Source: Dictyostelium discoideum (lineage: Eukaryota). Taken from it: a stretch of DNA of 64,000 nt. The DNA lies in NCBI GenBank assembly GCA_000004695.1, contig CM000151.3, positions 7,104,001-7,168,000 on the forward strand, given 5' to 3'. The position numbers were made by a program, and so were the translations under genes. The notes under the pieces were generated by a model. It was not told the DNA's origin and made no database searches. It worked only from the letters and a program-made list of their open reading frames with translations. Below, piece by piece: positions 16,524 through 39,861 of the stretch (positions are counted from its first letter, which is position 1; every line of letters starts with the position of its first letter).

Positions 16524-17231
16524 ATGTCACAAAATTATACCTATTCAAAATTAAAGAAACCAAGTTATGTATCAGGTTCCAGTAATAAATCATCTTCACA
16601 TACAACATCGTCATCACCTTATAAAAAAAAAGAAATTGAACCAAAAGAAAACTATGAACCAATAACACCTGAAGGAGTTTATTTATATGATAAAGATTAC
16701 ACACATTTTGTAGTTCATTGTAGTAAATCATCATATAATGAATATATTGGTAGATATAATCCAAAATTTCCATCAACAAATAATTATAAATTTGGTAATC
16801 CATTTGTTGTAGGAAAAGATGGTGATCGTAATACAGTAGTTAAAAAATATAGAGATTGGATATTTTCACCAGAACAAAATGATTTATTTAATGCTGCAAA
16901 GGAATTGAAAGGTAAAATACTTGCTTGTTGGTGTTCACCTTTAAATTGCCATGGTTTTGTTTTATCTGAAATTGCCAATTCATCAATTACAAATAAACCA
17001 GAGCAAATATTACAACAATCTGAGGTAATATCTCAACAACCACAACAATCCCAACAACCACAACAAACACAACAAACACAACAAACACAACAAACACAAC
17101 CACAGCAACCACCACAACCAGTACAATCCCAACCAAAAATTCAAACAAGATCCTCTACAATGTCAACGTCAGATTTAAAAAAACCTTTGTTTGATGATAA
17201 GGATTTTCCACCTTTGGGAGGTAAAAAATAA
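16524..17231 (+). CDS. DUF4326-like domain protein with Q/P-rich tail (235 aa)
   Basis: ORF from the ATG at 16524. The core FVVHCSKSSYNEYIGRYNPKF...KFGNPFVVGKDGDRNTVVKKYRDWIF...LKGKILACWCSPLNCHGFVL matches the DUF4326 signature, which is mostly bacterial or phage (SxYDVYIGR...WGNPF...Y..W...L.GK.L.CWC.P..CH). Confidence 0.55.
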   Translation: MSQNYTYSKLKKPSYVSGSSNKSSSHTTSSSPYKKKEIEPKENYEPITPEGVYLYDKDYTHFVVHCSKSSYNEYIGRYNPKFPSTNNYKFGNPFVVGKDGDRNTVVKKYRDWIFSPEQNDLFNAAKELKGKILACWCSPLNCHGFVLSEIANSSITNKPEQILQQSEVISQQPQQSQQPQQTQQTQQTQQTQPQQPPQPVQSQPKIQTRSSTMSTSDLKKPLFDDKDFPPLGGKK

Positions 17232-17314
17232 ATAAAATTAATTAATTAATCATTCAATAATAAAATTTAAAAAAAGTTTTTAATGTGTGTTTTTGGTATA
17301 AATTTAGTATAACG

Positions 17315-17357
17315 AAAATGAGGTTTTTTATATATAAAATTAAAAAAACCTCATTTT
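17315..17357. other. perfect 15-bp inverted repeat (hairpin) with a 13-nt loop, 84 bp past the stop of the DUF4326 gene
   Basis: AAAATGAGGTTTTTT at 17315..17329 is the exact reverse complement of AAAAAACCTCATTTT at 17343..17357. Confidence 0.6.
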
Positions 17358-17500
17358 TAATTTAAACATCTAAATATGTGTCAAATAATCGTTTGTTAAA
17401 TTAATTAATTACGACACCCATTTTGTTGGGTATAAATATTTTATAGGATTTTTTTTTTTTTAATAACATCACTCAATTTGAGTGTGTTCTAGGAGAGTTT

Positions 17501-17540
<40 letters not shown>

Positions 17541-17544
<4 letters not shown>

Positions 17545-17677
17545 CTTGTTATTCTTATTTTTTTTATTATTATTATTATTATTATATTATTATTATTATT
17601 ATATTATTATTATTATATTATTATTATTATATTATTATTATTATTATATTATTATTATTATTATTATTGTTATAATT
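17541..17677. repeat. (ATT)n-based compound microsatellite ((ATT)4ATA periodicity)
   Basis: Visible tandem attattattattata units flanked by T-runs. Confidence 0.8.
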
Positions 17678-18640
17678 TTTTTTTTTTTTTTTTTTTTTTT
17701 TTATGAGTAGTTGGTGTTATATGAGCAGTATGGTATGAAGTGTTCCGGGATGTTTATGGTCATGAGTTTCGAGTTCCAGTTGTGGCTGAATTTTTCGAGT
17801 CTTCTTTTTATTGATGCGGTCCGATTGATTGACTCTCGGTTATCAGTGCATCTTAGTTCTTGACGTAGTTGTTTTTCTACTATCTTTCTTGTTCTATCCC
17901 ATTCGGCATCTCTCGCTTTTTTGATTTTATGAATTATTTGGTTCTCTGTTATTATTGTAGTGTTATCGTTGAATTTTATTTGATTTCTTCTGTACCATAT
18001 CGATTCCATAATGGCTCCTATCAGATTTGATGAGAATGGTGTGAGTAGTTTTCCGAGAACTTTTTCGCTCCATGGACCGTGGTAAGTGTTGTTGGAGTCT
18101 TTACAGACCTTTTGATAGATTGAGTCGATATTCTGTTTTATTGATTTGCATTCGAAGAAGATGTGCATAGACGATTCTTCTTCTTTACATGAGTGGCAAT
18201 TCTCCCCATGGTGTTTTGAAAGTGCCTTGAGTAGATATCTCCATGCTAAGTCTCTTCCTTTGATAGTTGTGATTGATCTGGCTTCTCTAAATGGTAGAAT
18301 TGGGTGATTAATGTTCTTTTGAATCAGTTTTTGACCTGTTGTTGGCTGGTGTTTGTTCCATCCCTTGTATTTGATATCCATCATGTTTCTATAGATTACT
18401 TTTAATTTTTGTTTGTTTTCGTATTTGGGTTTGACTTGGTTTAGTTTGAGAGTTATTCGCTCTCTTGGGTGGTGCAACAACTTCCAGGCTTTCCAGCATT
18501 TGATGTGAATCCTTGATAGTGAGTTTTCTTTTTCCGACTTCCAGACTTCCATATGTGGAGGGCAGTTCTGGTCGTCTTTTTCTCTGAGGTATTGTTCGTA
18601 TATCCATGCTTTCTGGGCATTGGATCTGGTTGCCATATTC
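17678..18640 (-). mobile_element. 5'-truncated non-LTR retrotransposon fragment (TRE5/DRE-like ORF2 C-terminus with CCHC-type Cys/His motif and A-tail)
   Basis: The 311-aa minus-strand ORF 17701..18636 is not AT-biased and contains HSCKEEESSMHIFFECKSIK, a Zn-knuckle-like motif found at the end of ORF2. Its 3' end is followed by A23 (T-run 17678..17700 on top). Its 5' end lies about 60 bp from the 5' end of tRNA-Ala, the classic TRE5 target position. Confidence 0.55.
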
Positions 18641-18698
18641 CAGAGTTCCAGTATTTTATAGGAATTCGAATACGACGTTCTTTATAAAAATCATCAAA

Positions 18699-18771
18699 GG
18701 GGATGTAGCTCAGATGGTAGAGCGCTCGCTTAGCATGCGAGAGGTAAAGGGATCGATACCCTTCTTCTCCA
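18699..18771 (+). tRNA. tRNA-Ala (anticodon AGC)
   Basis: GGGGATGTAGCTCAGATGGTAGAGCGCTCGCTTAGCATGCGAGAGGTAAAGGGATCGATACCCTTCTTCTCCA folds as a cloverleaf. It has the G3:U70 Ala identity pair, anticodon loop TTAGCAT, and A-box TAGCTCAGATGG and B-box GGATCGATACC. There is one T:T mismatch at 6:67. Confidence 0.8.
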
Positions 18772-19869
18772 TTAAATTTCTAGAGAAATTAAGATCGCTA
18801 GTTCGATTCCACTAGGAACTTACACTAAGATATTGAAACTCGGTAAATCACTATATTTGTTATTTAGAATTTATATCCGATTTTTGGGTTGTGTATTTTA
18901 ATGGATAAACGATCAATATTAAAAAAAAAAAAAAAATTTCCTATCCAGAACCCTAGAATAAACAAACATAATGGTTTTAATTTCCAACATCTGGGTTTGG
19001 ATCTGCAATGGACAGTATAGTCACCATCAAGTCTCCTTCGACCAATTTTTTGGGTAGTAACAATTTTATTATTTGATCAATCAACTGGATATTTAAAAAA
19101 AATAATAAAAAAAAAAATTATAATAATAACAGTACTATATTTTAAAATTAAAAGTATCTATTTATTTTAAATGTTTTATAATGTGTTTTATTATTTAAAA
19201 TTTTTTTTTTTATTATTATTGTTTTGCCTTTTATTACTTTCTTTAATTTTTGATTTTTAACCTTGGAAAAAAAAGTGAACAAATTTAATTGGACTAAATT
19301 ATTTGTTACTAAAACTTAAATTACTTTTTTTTTTTTATTATGTAGGACTATTAATTTTGTTTTATTTATTGAAAAAAGTAGCTTTTTCCAAAATTTTTTT
19401 TTTTTTTTTTTAAAAGTCCCAGTGTCATAATTTTTATTTTTTTAAATTTTTTTTTTTTTTTTATTTTTTTTTTTTTTTTTTTGCAAATAGTTATATATCA
19501 TATTACACAAATTGATTTAAAAAAAAAAAAAAAAAAAATTTAAAAAATTAAACACCCCCTATAGTGGTTTTTTTTTTTATTTATTTATTTAATTTTTCAA
19601 TTATTCATATAATTCACTCGATATTGTAACTTTTATTTCATTTTTTCATTTTTTTTTTAAATTTAATTTTTTTTTTTTTTAATAAAATTAATTTTTTATA
19701 TACATTTTAATTTTTTTATTTTTTATTTTTTTATTTTTTTTTTATTCATACCCCTTTATCTAAACGACTCACCCATATACAACAAAATTCATAATAATAA
19801 AAAAAAAAAAAAAAAAAAATAAAATAATAAAAAAAAAAAAAATCAACTTATTAATTGTTATTTTATATT

Positions 19870-22334
<2,465 letters not shown>

Positions 22335-22404
22335 ATAATAAAAAAAAAAAAAAAATTAATGGACATTTAAAATAAAAATATTCAAATACAATCTTTTAAA
22401 AATC

Positions 22405-22708
22405 ATGACTCTCTTTTGTAGGTTTTACTAAATTAAAAAAAAGTTTTTTTTTTTAGAATAATAATTAACAATTTGTATTTTTCTTTATAATTTTAAAATT
22501 AGCATCATTATCATCATTAAGCACTGGTTCTTTGAAATCAAGTGTTTCTTCAATTGAAACTGGTAGTTCAAGTGGTTCATTTGGTTCAAATGAAACATCG
22601 GGATGGGGTCACCATCATTGGAATAGTTGTCATCCATGTCCACCACCACGTCCAATTTGTCGTCCATGTCCACCACCATGTCGTCCAGTACCAAGATGTC
22701 ATCATTAA
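22405..22708 (+). CDS. hssA/2C/7E-like small Ser/Gly/Cys/His/Pro-rich protein (68 aa), 2 exons
   Basis: Exon 1 22405..22417 (ATGACTCTCTTTT = MTLF plus 1 nt; donor GTAGGT) and exon 2 22503..22708. The product is [21 protein letters not shown]...[35 protein letters not shown]. The track ORF 22485..22694(-) is its antisense. Confidence 0.55.
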
Positions 22709-22988
22709 AGTTTAATTTTAAATAAAATTAATAAATAGACCTTTAAAATGTTTGGAATTTAAATAAATAATTTTTCTTTTTTTAAAAAATATATCCAAAC
22801 ACATTGAATTTGATTTTGGAAAATTTACTACCAATAAAACTAATGATAATAAAATTCTTTTATTAACAAAATTTATTATTAAACAGAAATATAGAATGTA
22901 TTACTGATGCTCAAAAAACTGATGATTTAAAATATGTTAGAGAATGGGTTTATTCCTTTGTGAATCAACGTCCAATACATAATCCAAT

Positions 22989-23026
<38 letters not shown>

Positions 23027-23173
23027 CCTCGTCCTAATTTGGGATGTGCCATTGTGACCACTAAATCCATTTTCAATTTATTTCAACAAAGTTTGCAGGG
23101 TAAATTAAAAAATATAAATTGCATAGGAAGTTTATTTTTAATTAAATTTTTATATTTTTATCAAAAATCTATT

Positions 23174-23458
23174 TTAATATTTATAATGGCATCTTGGTTC
23201 TGGACGGCATGGTGGACATGGACGGCAAATTGGACGTGGTGGTGGACATGGATGACAACTATTCCAATGGTGGTGACCCCATCCAGATGTTTCATTTGAA
23301 CCAAATGAACCACTTGAACTACCAGTTTCAATTGATGAAACACTTGATTTCAAAGAACCAGTGCTTAATGATGATAATGATGCTAATTTTTATAAATTAT
23401 TTATTAATAAATTAAAATTTTTTTTTTTTTTAGGAAAAAAACTTACAAAATAGGGTCA
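23174..23458 (-). CDS. hssA-like small protein, inverted paralog of 22405..22708
   Basis: Exon 1 23446..23458 (ATGACCCTATTTT; donor GTAAGT) and exon 2 23174..23382. It is about 93% identical to the plus copy in inverse orientation. Confidence 0.55.
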
Positions 23459-23656
23459 TTTTAAAATTTTAATAGTTTCTTGTTTAAAAATTAGAGTTTG
23501 ATTTAATATTTTTTTTTTCTAATTTGGTTACAATTTATAGTTTTTTTTTTTTCTAAAAAAAAGAATAAAAAAAACAAATAATTTTTTAATTTTATTTTTA
23601 AAATCATACTTTTTGTTTTTTCATTTCTATTTTTTTTATATCAAAAAACTTAAACT

Positions 23657-23667
23657 CCCCCCCCCCC
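23657..23667. repeat. C11 homopolymer in AT-rich intergenic DNA
   Basis: A run of 11 C is visible here; such runs are unusual in this composition. Confidence 0.7.
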
Positions 23668-24288
23668 ATTATATTTTTCTATTTGACTTGTTATATTATT
23701 CATATGACTTGTTATAGTAATTATTATTATAAATGGGGCCTTTGGATTTTGAATTATCAAGAATTCTTAAAATAAAAAAGTCTTTAAAAAAAAAAAATAA
23801 AAAAAAAATTATTCATAAAATTAAAAAACTATAAAAACAAAAAATCAATTTTTAAAATATTAATTATAAATCAAAAAATAAAAACATGAGTATTTTCAGT
23901 AAGTATAATTTTTTTTAGAAATATTGTGTAAAATTTGTCATAAATATTTTAAAAATAATAATAAATAATTAATTACAATTATTCCTACAAAATAAATGTT
24001 TTAATAATTAAACCACTTTGTTGATCCCCCTAACATGGTGAATTTTTTAATTTCGAAATTTTTGCTCAAATTTTCCTGGATTTTACAATATTTAAATAAA
24101 TAAAATAAACTAAATTTAAACCCTTTTTTTAAATAAATATAGGTTCATTATCATCATTATCCACTGGTTCTTAATTGGGTGCTTTACATTTTATTTATTT
24201 ATATAACTCTAAAAATAAACCATTTTAAAATTTATTTTTATTATTAATATTTATTTATATTTAAAATTTATTAATATTTAATTTTAAA

Positions 24289-30739
<6,451 letters not shown>

Positions 30740-30903
30740 CTGCCAATTCAATTAAATATGATAATTGATGATTAGAATGCAATAATCCGAATCAAATCTA
30801 TCCATCAATAAGTATTATAATTTTTTTTTCGAAATTTTTCATCATTATCTCCTCCATCCTCTTCTTCTTCATTTTTTTCTTCATTTTTCTTCAAAAACTG
30901 TTG

Positions 30904-33016
<2,113 letters not shown>

Positions 33017-33403
33017 TTTATTTATTTTAAATTTTCAAAAGCATTTAATAATTATTTCAATTTTAGTGGATATAGAAGAAAAAAAAAAAAAAAAAAAATC
33101 AAATGAAAAAATATCAAAAAAATAAAAAATAAAAAAAAATAAAAAAAAAATAAAAAAATAAAAAAAAATAAAAAATAAATGTGTTTATAAAATATTGAAA
33201 CCCGATATTTTTCATTTTATTTTTCCATTTTTTTTTTTTTTAATATAAATTTATTATATAAAAATAGATTACTAAAAAGTCCCCAAAATAAAAAAAAAAA
33301 AAAGATTTATTTTTATTATATGTTTATTTTTATATGTTTATTTTTTTTTTTTTATTTTTTTTTTTTTAAAAAACTTTTAGAAAAAAAAAAAATATATATT
33401 AAT

Positions 33404-34750
33404 TTAACGAGTAACAGTATAAGATCTAACAGTTTTAAGGAGAGCAGCAGCTTCGGCATTATTAGCGAAATGATCTCTAACTGGTTGAAGCATAGCATTG
33501 ATTGCTTTGGCAATGACTGGTTTTAATTCGGATGGATGAATCTTTTCGGCTTTGTAATCATCCTCTAAATCTTGGTAAGAGTTGTAAGTGACATCACCTT
33601 TATCTTTGATGTTGAGAGTGAGGGATGTAAGTTTTTGGAAAACGATATTTTTAGTATAATCGAGGATTGGATTCTTTTCAATGATACCTGGTGGACAGTA
33701 AGCTTTCTTGATTTTAGTGTTTACTTCGGCTTCAGAGTCTTCCATGAAAATGGCTGATTCAGGATCAGATTTTGACATCTTTTCTTGACCCTCCTTTAAA
33801 CCACTCAACATATGATGTGATACGATGATTGGTTTGTTCTTGATTTTAACCTTGTCACAATATTCAATTGCCAACATATTAACCTTTCTTTGATCCATAC
33901 CCAATTGACAAATATCTGCTTTCAAGTAGAAAATATCGGCACATTGCATACATGGATACAATAATTGAGCGCACATAAGATCATCCTCTTCATTTCTACC
34001 CATAATTTGTGAACATTTCTTAATACGTGGTACATTGAATTTACGTGCAATATCCATAACTCTTAACCAATAATCATTTGGATTCTTATTAATTTCATCT
34101 GATGACCATAAAAATTCAACATTTTCCATATCCATACCTGTTGCTTTCCAAATCTAAAATTAAAAATAAAAATAAATAAAAAAATTAATAAATATTTATT
34201 ATTTTATTATATTGTATAATATTAATATAAATAGTATTACCAACTTACTTCAATCATATATTGACCAACTTTTCTAATTTTATTTAAATCACCATTCATT
34301 TTATTATTTAACATGGCGAACCAATCTGCAACCCAAAATATAAAGGTACAACCAGCTTTAGTCATACGATTAACATTGATTGATTTTAAAATACCTTGTG
34401 CAATATGCATTCTACCTGATGGTTCAAAACCATCATAACATCTTAATTTCTCTTTACCATTTAATAATTTAATTAAACTTTCTTCACTAACAATTTCTTC
34501 ACCAACTTGTTTAATTAATGCTAATCTTTCTTTATTTCTTTCACTTAATTCACTAAAAATGAAAATAAAAAAAATAAAATAAAATTAGATTTGGTTTGGT
34601 TTTTTTTTTTTTTTTTTTTTTCTATTTATTTATAAATAAATAAGAAACTTACATGACTGGTTTAGGTGGAGCAACTGGAGTAGTTGTGGTAGTAGTAGTT
34701 TGTTCCTCAACCTTCAAGGATTCAATACCTTTTTCAATATTGTCTGTCAT
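33404..34750 (-). CDS. tyrS: tyrosyl-tRNA synthetase, cytoplasmic (class I; KMSKS), 3 exons, 383 aa, no EMAPII-like extension
   Basis: Exons 34653..34750 (MTDNIEKGIESLKVEEQ...; donor GTAAGT), 34249..34552 (...CYDGFEPSGRMHIAQG...; donor GTAAGT) and 33404..34153 (...KMSKSDP...; stop). The phases are consistent (2 then 0). It is collinear with eukaryotic TyrRS catalytic and anticodon-binding domains. Confidence 0.85.
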
Positions 34751-36054
34751 TGTGTATATTTTTAAAAATAAAAAAATAAAAAAAAAAAAAAAATTTCGAA
34801 GATTTCTTTTTTTCATAAAAAATTTAAAAAAAAAAAATTAAAAAAAAAATAAAAAAAAAAAATAAAAAAAAATTCAAAATTTTTATGTGATTGTTCATGT
34901 TTTTTGGGAAAATTAAAATATTGTTTACAAAAAAATATATATATATATAAATATTTATTAACTCCATTATCAAATTATTATTTTAATAAAAAAAGGAGAA
35001 ACCAAACCTAATAAAAATAAAAATAATAATAAAAGATAAAAAATAAAAATAATTATAAATATAATTATAATTAAAATTCAAATAGAAAAAAATAACAATT
35101 TAAAAAAAAAATAGTTATTTTTGTTGTACATTTTAAGTAATTTACAAAAAATAAAAATTTTCTAATATTGGGGCAATTTTTGTTTTCTAATACAAATTTT
35201 TTTTTTTTTTTTTTTTATTATTATTTGAATTGTTTTTGATGTAGATTTAGTTTTTATTTATTTCCAAAAAAAAAAAAAAAAAAAAAAAAAATAAAAACTA
35301 ATAATATTTGAACACACTTTGTACATAGAAAAGATTTATTTTTGGTAGTTAAAGTGGTTATAGAGAGAGAGAGGTGGTGATAATAAATTATTATTTTTTA
35401 ATTTTTTTTAATTTTTTTTTTTTCATACACTACACACACTCGCCATAAATTCACCATATACAAAAATAATAATAAATATATTATTGATTATTGATATATA
35501 TTGATTTTTTAATTTTTTAATTATTTAATTTTTTTATTTTTTTATTTTTTTTTTTTAATTAGTTTTTTTTATTAGTTTTTTTTTTTTTTTTTTTTTCTTT
35601 TTTTAATTTGAAAATAACCCCATTACCAATTAAATACATATTCCTTTTTATTTCCAAAACAACTCCTTTGAAAGTTATCATACCAAAAAATAAATAATAT
35701 AAATAAAAATAAAAATAATAATTTAACAATCACATAAAATACCAAATTTATTATTTTTTTTTTTAAATATTTTTTTTTTATTTTTCAATTTTTTTTCTTT
35801 TCAAAATCAAAAAAAAAAAAAAAAAATTTATTAATTTAATTATTTATTTATTTATTTATTTATATCTTTTTTTTTTTTTTTTTTATTTTTTGAATTTTTA
35901 TTTTTAATAAATTAATTAATTTTATTTTTTTGTATAAATTTTTTTTTTTATTTTATAAATAATTTTAATTATTATTTATTTATTTGTAAAAAATAAAAAA
36001 ACCAATAACAAAAAAACCAATAATAAAAAAACCAATAATAAAATAAAAACCATA

Positions 36055-37108
<1,054 letters not shown>

Positions 37109-37471
37109 AATAAAAAAATAAAAATAAAAAAAAAATAAAAATAAAAAATAAAAATAGAAAATTAAAAATAATTTTATTTTTCATATATGAAAAAATTATT
37201 TAAAAAAATATCTTTTTTTTATTTTCATATTTTTATTTTTTTTTTTATTTTTTTTTTTTTATTTCGAATTTTAAATTTTAAATTTCTTTTTTTAATTTTT
37301 TTTTTTTATTTTTTTATTTTTTTTTCTTTCTAAAAAAACCGGACAGTTTCAGCAAAACGACAGAATTTATAAATTTTCTAAAAATAACAAAAAAAAAAAA
37401 ATAATAATAAAATAGAATCAATAAAAGATTAAATAATTTCTATTAAATTATTCACTTTTCTTTTATTAGAA

Positions 37472-37512
<41 letters not shown>

Positions 37513-37542
37513 AAAAAAACATTCACAAAAAAAAAAAAAAAA

Positions 37543-39483
37543 ATGATATCAAGTGTTGCAAATTGGTTAAGTTGTGGAAGTAGTGTTGTTGATAAATGGA
37601 TATTTGGAGAAGGTGAAGATGAAGATACTACAAGTAGTAGTGGTGAATCAAATAGTGATTATAATAGTGAAGAAGAGGAAGAGGAAGAAGAGGAAGAAAA
37701 ACAACAAGATGAAGATTCATCAAGTGAAGAAGGTGAAATAAATGAAAAAAAGAAATCATCATCATCATCATCATCAAATTTAATTAGCAATAATAATAAT
37801 AGAATAAATAAAGATAATGATAATGATGGTGGATTAGTTTATGCATGGGGATATAACTATTTTGGACAATGTGGTGATAAAACCAATCAAACTATTAAAG
37901 TACCAACATCTATATTATTTCCTACTATTGATAATAAGATCATTATAAAACAAATAGCATGTGGTGATAGTCATTCATTGGCAATTGCAGAACAACCCTA
38001 TGGAGTCTATAGTTGGGGTGTTAATAGATGGGGTCAATTAGGTCATGGTGACCAATTGAATCGTAATCAACCAACATTACTTTCAAATATTGGTAGTGGT
38101 AGTGGTAGTGGTAATTCAATTTCATTTAGTATGGTAGCATGTGGTAGTCAACATTCTATGATAGTTTCGAACTATGGTGAGTTGTATACATTTGGTTGTG
38201 GTACAACTGGTAGATTAGGTCATGGTGATGAACAACCAAAATTCAAACCAACACCAGTTTCATCATTGGTTGGTAAATCAATTGTATCGGTTGCAGCTGG
38301 TGTTATGCATAGTTCTTGCGTCGATTCAAATGGTAAGATCTATAGTTGGGGTTGGAATAGGTATGGTCAATTAGGTAATGGTTCTGTTAAATCTCAAACT
38401 TTACCAACTCCTCCAAAATTTCAAAATCCAAAATTATCAGATATTCAACAACAACAACAGCAACACCATTTAATGAAATTAAATTTTATAAAAGTAGTAT
38501 GTGGTAAAAATCATACATTAGCATTGAGTTCAAGTGGTGAAGTGGTTGGATTTGGGTTTAATGCATGTGGTCAATTGGGTAATGGTAATCATATGGATCA
38601 GTTGTATCCAGTGAAAATTGAATTCAATGAACATGTAATTGACATTGCCTCGGGGTATTACCATAGTTTGTGTTTGACTGATAATGGTGAGGCTTATTCT
38701 TGGGGTTATATGAGTGATGGCTCGTTGGGGTTGGGTGAGGTTTACACTCATCAAACTAAACCAAAACTTATACCATTGGTTCATATTAGACATTGTTTCA
38801 CCGATTCAAACGATGCATTCAATGAGATCTATGGTAGACAAGATGAAAATACAACTCAGGAAACAATTGACCAACATAAATTATACCTCTCTAAAAAATA
38901 TTCAGTTGGTGATACTGTAGATATGATTTCAGCTGGTGCTTGGAATTCTGCTATCATCACAAGTTCTGGTAAATTATTTTGTTTTGGCTTTGGTGATACC
39001 TATAGAAATGGTAATCAATCAGAGTTTGATCAAGATATGCCCATCATTGTTGAACCAACTAAATGGGGTTTAGAAAGACCTTTCAATATAAAAGAGGATA
39101 CCGATATCCCTTTAAATTGTATCATCGAACAAGAAAAAGAAAGAAGATTATTAAAATTAAGAAAAAAACAATTAAAAGAACAAAAAGAAAAAGAAAGAAA
39201 AGATAAAGAAGAAATTAATTTAACAACTTCAAATTTTGAAAATAATTTAATAATAAATGAAGAAATTCAAAATAATAATAATTCAAATAATAATAATATA
39301 GATTCAACAAATTTAAATAATATAAATAATATAAATAATAATATAAATAATAATAATGAATCTCCAAATATAATTACAAATAAGATAAATTTAAATAATA
39401 TAAAAGTTTATTCAAGAGTTACAAATATTTCCTTAGGTGGTGCGCATGTAATAATCACTGTAAAGAATAAATTAAAAAAGTAA
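37543..39483 (+). CDS. RCC1-repeat protein (646 aa)
   Basis: At least six RCC1-like blades are visible (YAWGYNYFGQCGD, YSWGVNRWGQLGHGD, YTFGCGTTGRLGHGDE, YSWGWNRYGQLGNGS, VGFGFNACGQLGNGNH, YSWGYMSDGSLGLGE). It has an acidic/Ser N-terminus and a K/E/N-rich C-terminus. Confidence 0.7.
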   Translation: MISSVANWLSCGSSVVDKWIFGEGEDEDTTSSSGESNSDYNSEEEEEEEEEEKQQDEDSSSEEGEINEKKKSSSSSSSNLISNNNNRINKDNDNDGGLVYAWGYNYFGQCGDKTNQTIKVPTSILFPTIDNKIIIKQIACGDSHSLAIAEQPYGVYSWGVNRWGQLGHGDQLNRNQPTLLSNIGSGSGSGNSISFSMVACGSQHSMIVSNYGELYTFGCGTTGRLGHGDEQPKFKPTPVSSLVGKSIVSVAAGVMHSSCVDSNGKIYSWGWNRYGQLGNGSVKSQTLPTPPKFQNPKLSDIQQQQQQHHLMKLNFIKVVCGKNHTLALSSSGEVVGFGFNACGQLGNGNHMDQLYPVKIEFNEHVIDIASGYYHSLCLTDNGEAYSWGYMSDGSLGLGEVYTHQTKPKLIPLVHIRHCFTDSNDAFNEIYGRQDENTTQETIDQHKLYLSKKYSVGDTVDMISAGAWNSAIITSSGKLFCFGFGDTYRNGNQSEFDQDMPIIVEPTKWGLERPFNIKEDTDIPLNCIIEQEKERRLLKLRKKQLKEQKEKERKDKEEINLTTSNFENNLIINEEIQNNNNSNNNNIDSTNLNNINNINNNINNNNESPNIITNKINLNNIKVYSRVTNISLGGAHVIITVKNKLKK

Positions 39484-39861
39484 TTGTGTAGAAATAAAAT
39501 TAAAATAATTTTTTTTTTTTTTATTTTAATCACTATTTATCTATTATCAAATATTATTTTATTAATAGAAAAATGACGCAAATTATTTTTATTATTTTTT
39601 TTTTTTTTTTTTTTTTTGAATAAAGTATTTTTTTTTTAAATTTTCAAATAAAATAAAAATTATTATAAAAAAAAAAAGAGTGAAAAAATTTTTTAATTGT
39701 TTTTTTATTTGTTTTGAAAAAAAAAAAAAAAAAAAAAAAACTATAAATTGAAAGTTTTTTTTTTTATTTTAATAAATCAAGTTCACAAATATAAATCAAA
39801 TATATATATAAAATTAAATAGTATTAATACATAATTATAAAAAAAAAAAAAAATTTACAAA

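Noticed and set aside
18606-18815. 69-aa plus-strand ORF overlapping tRNA-Ala
   Set aside because: It overlaps a well-formed tRNA cloverleaf and the retroelement junction. It has no coding features.
22485-22694. 69-aa minus-strand ORF (and 23039..23415 plus-strand ORFs)
   Set aside because: They are the antisense frames of the two hssA-like genes. The sense frames give the characteristic MTLF...CPPC peptide with a proper GTAGGT or GTAAGT intron.
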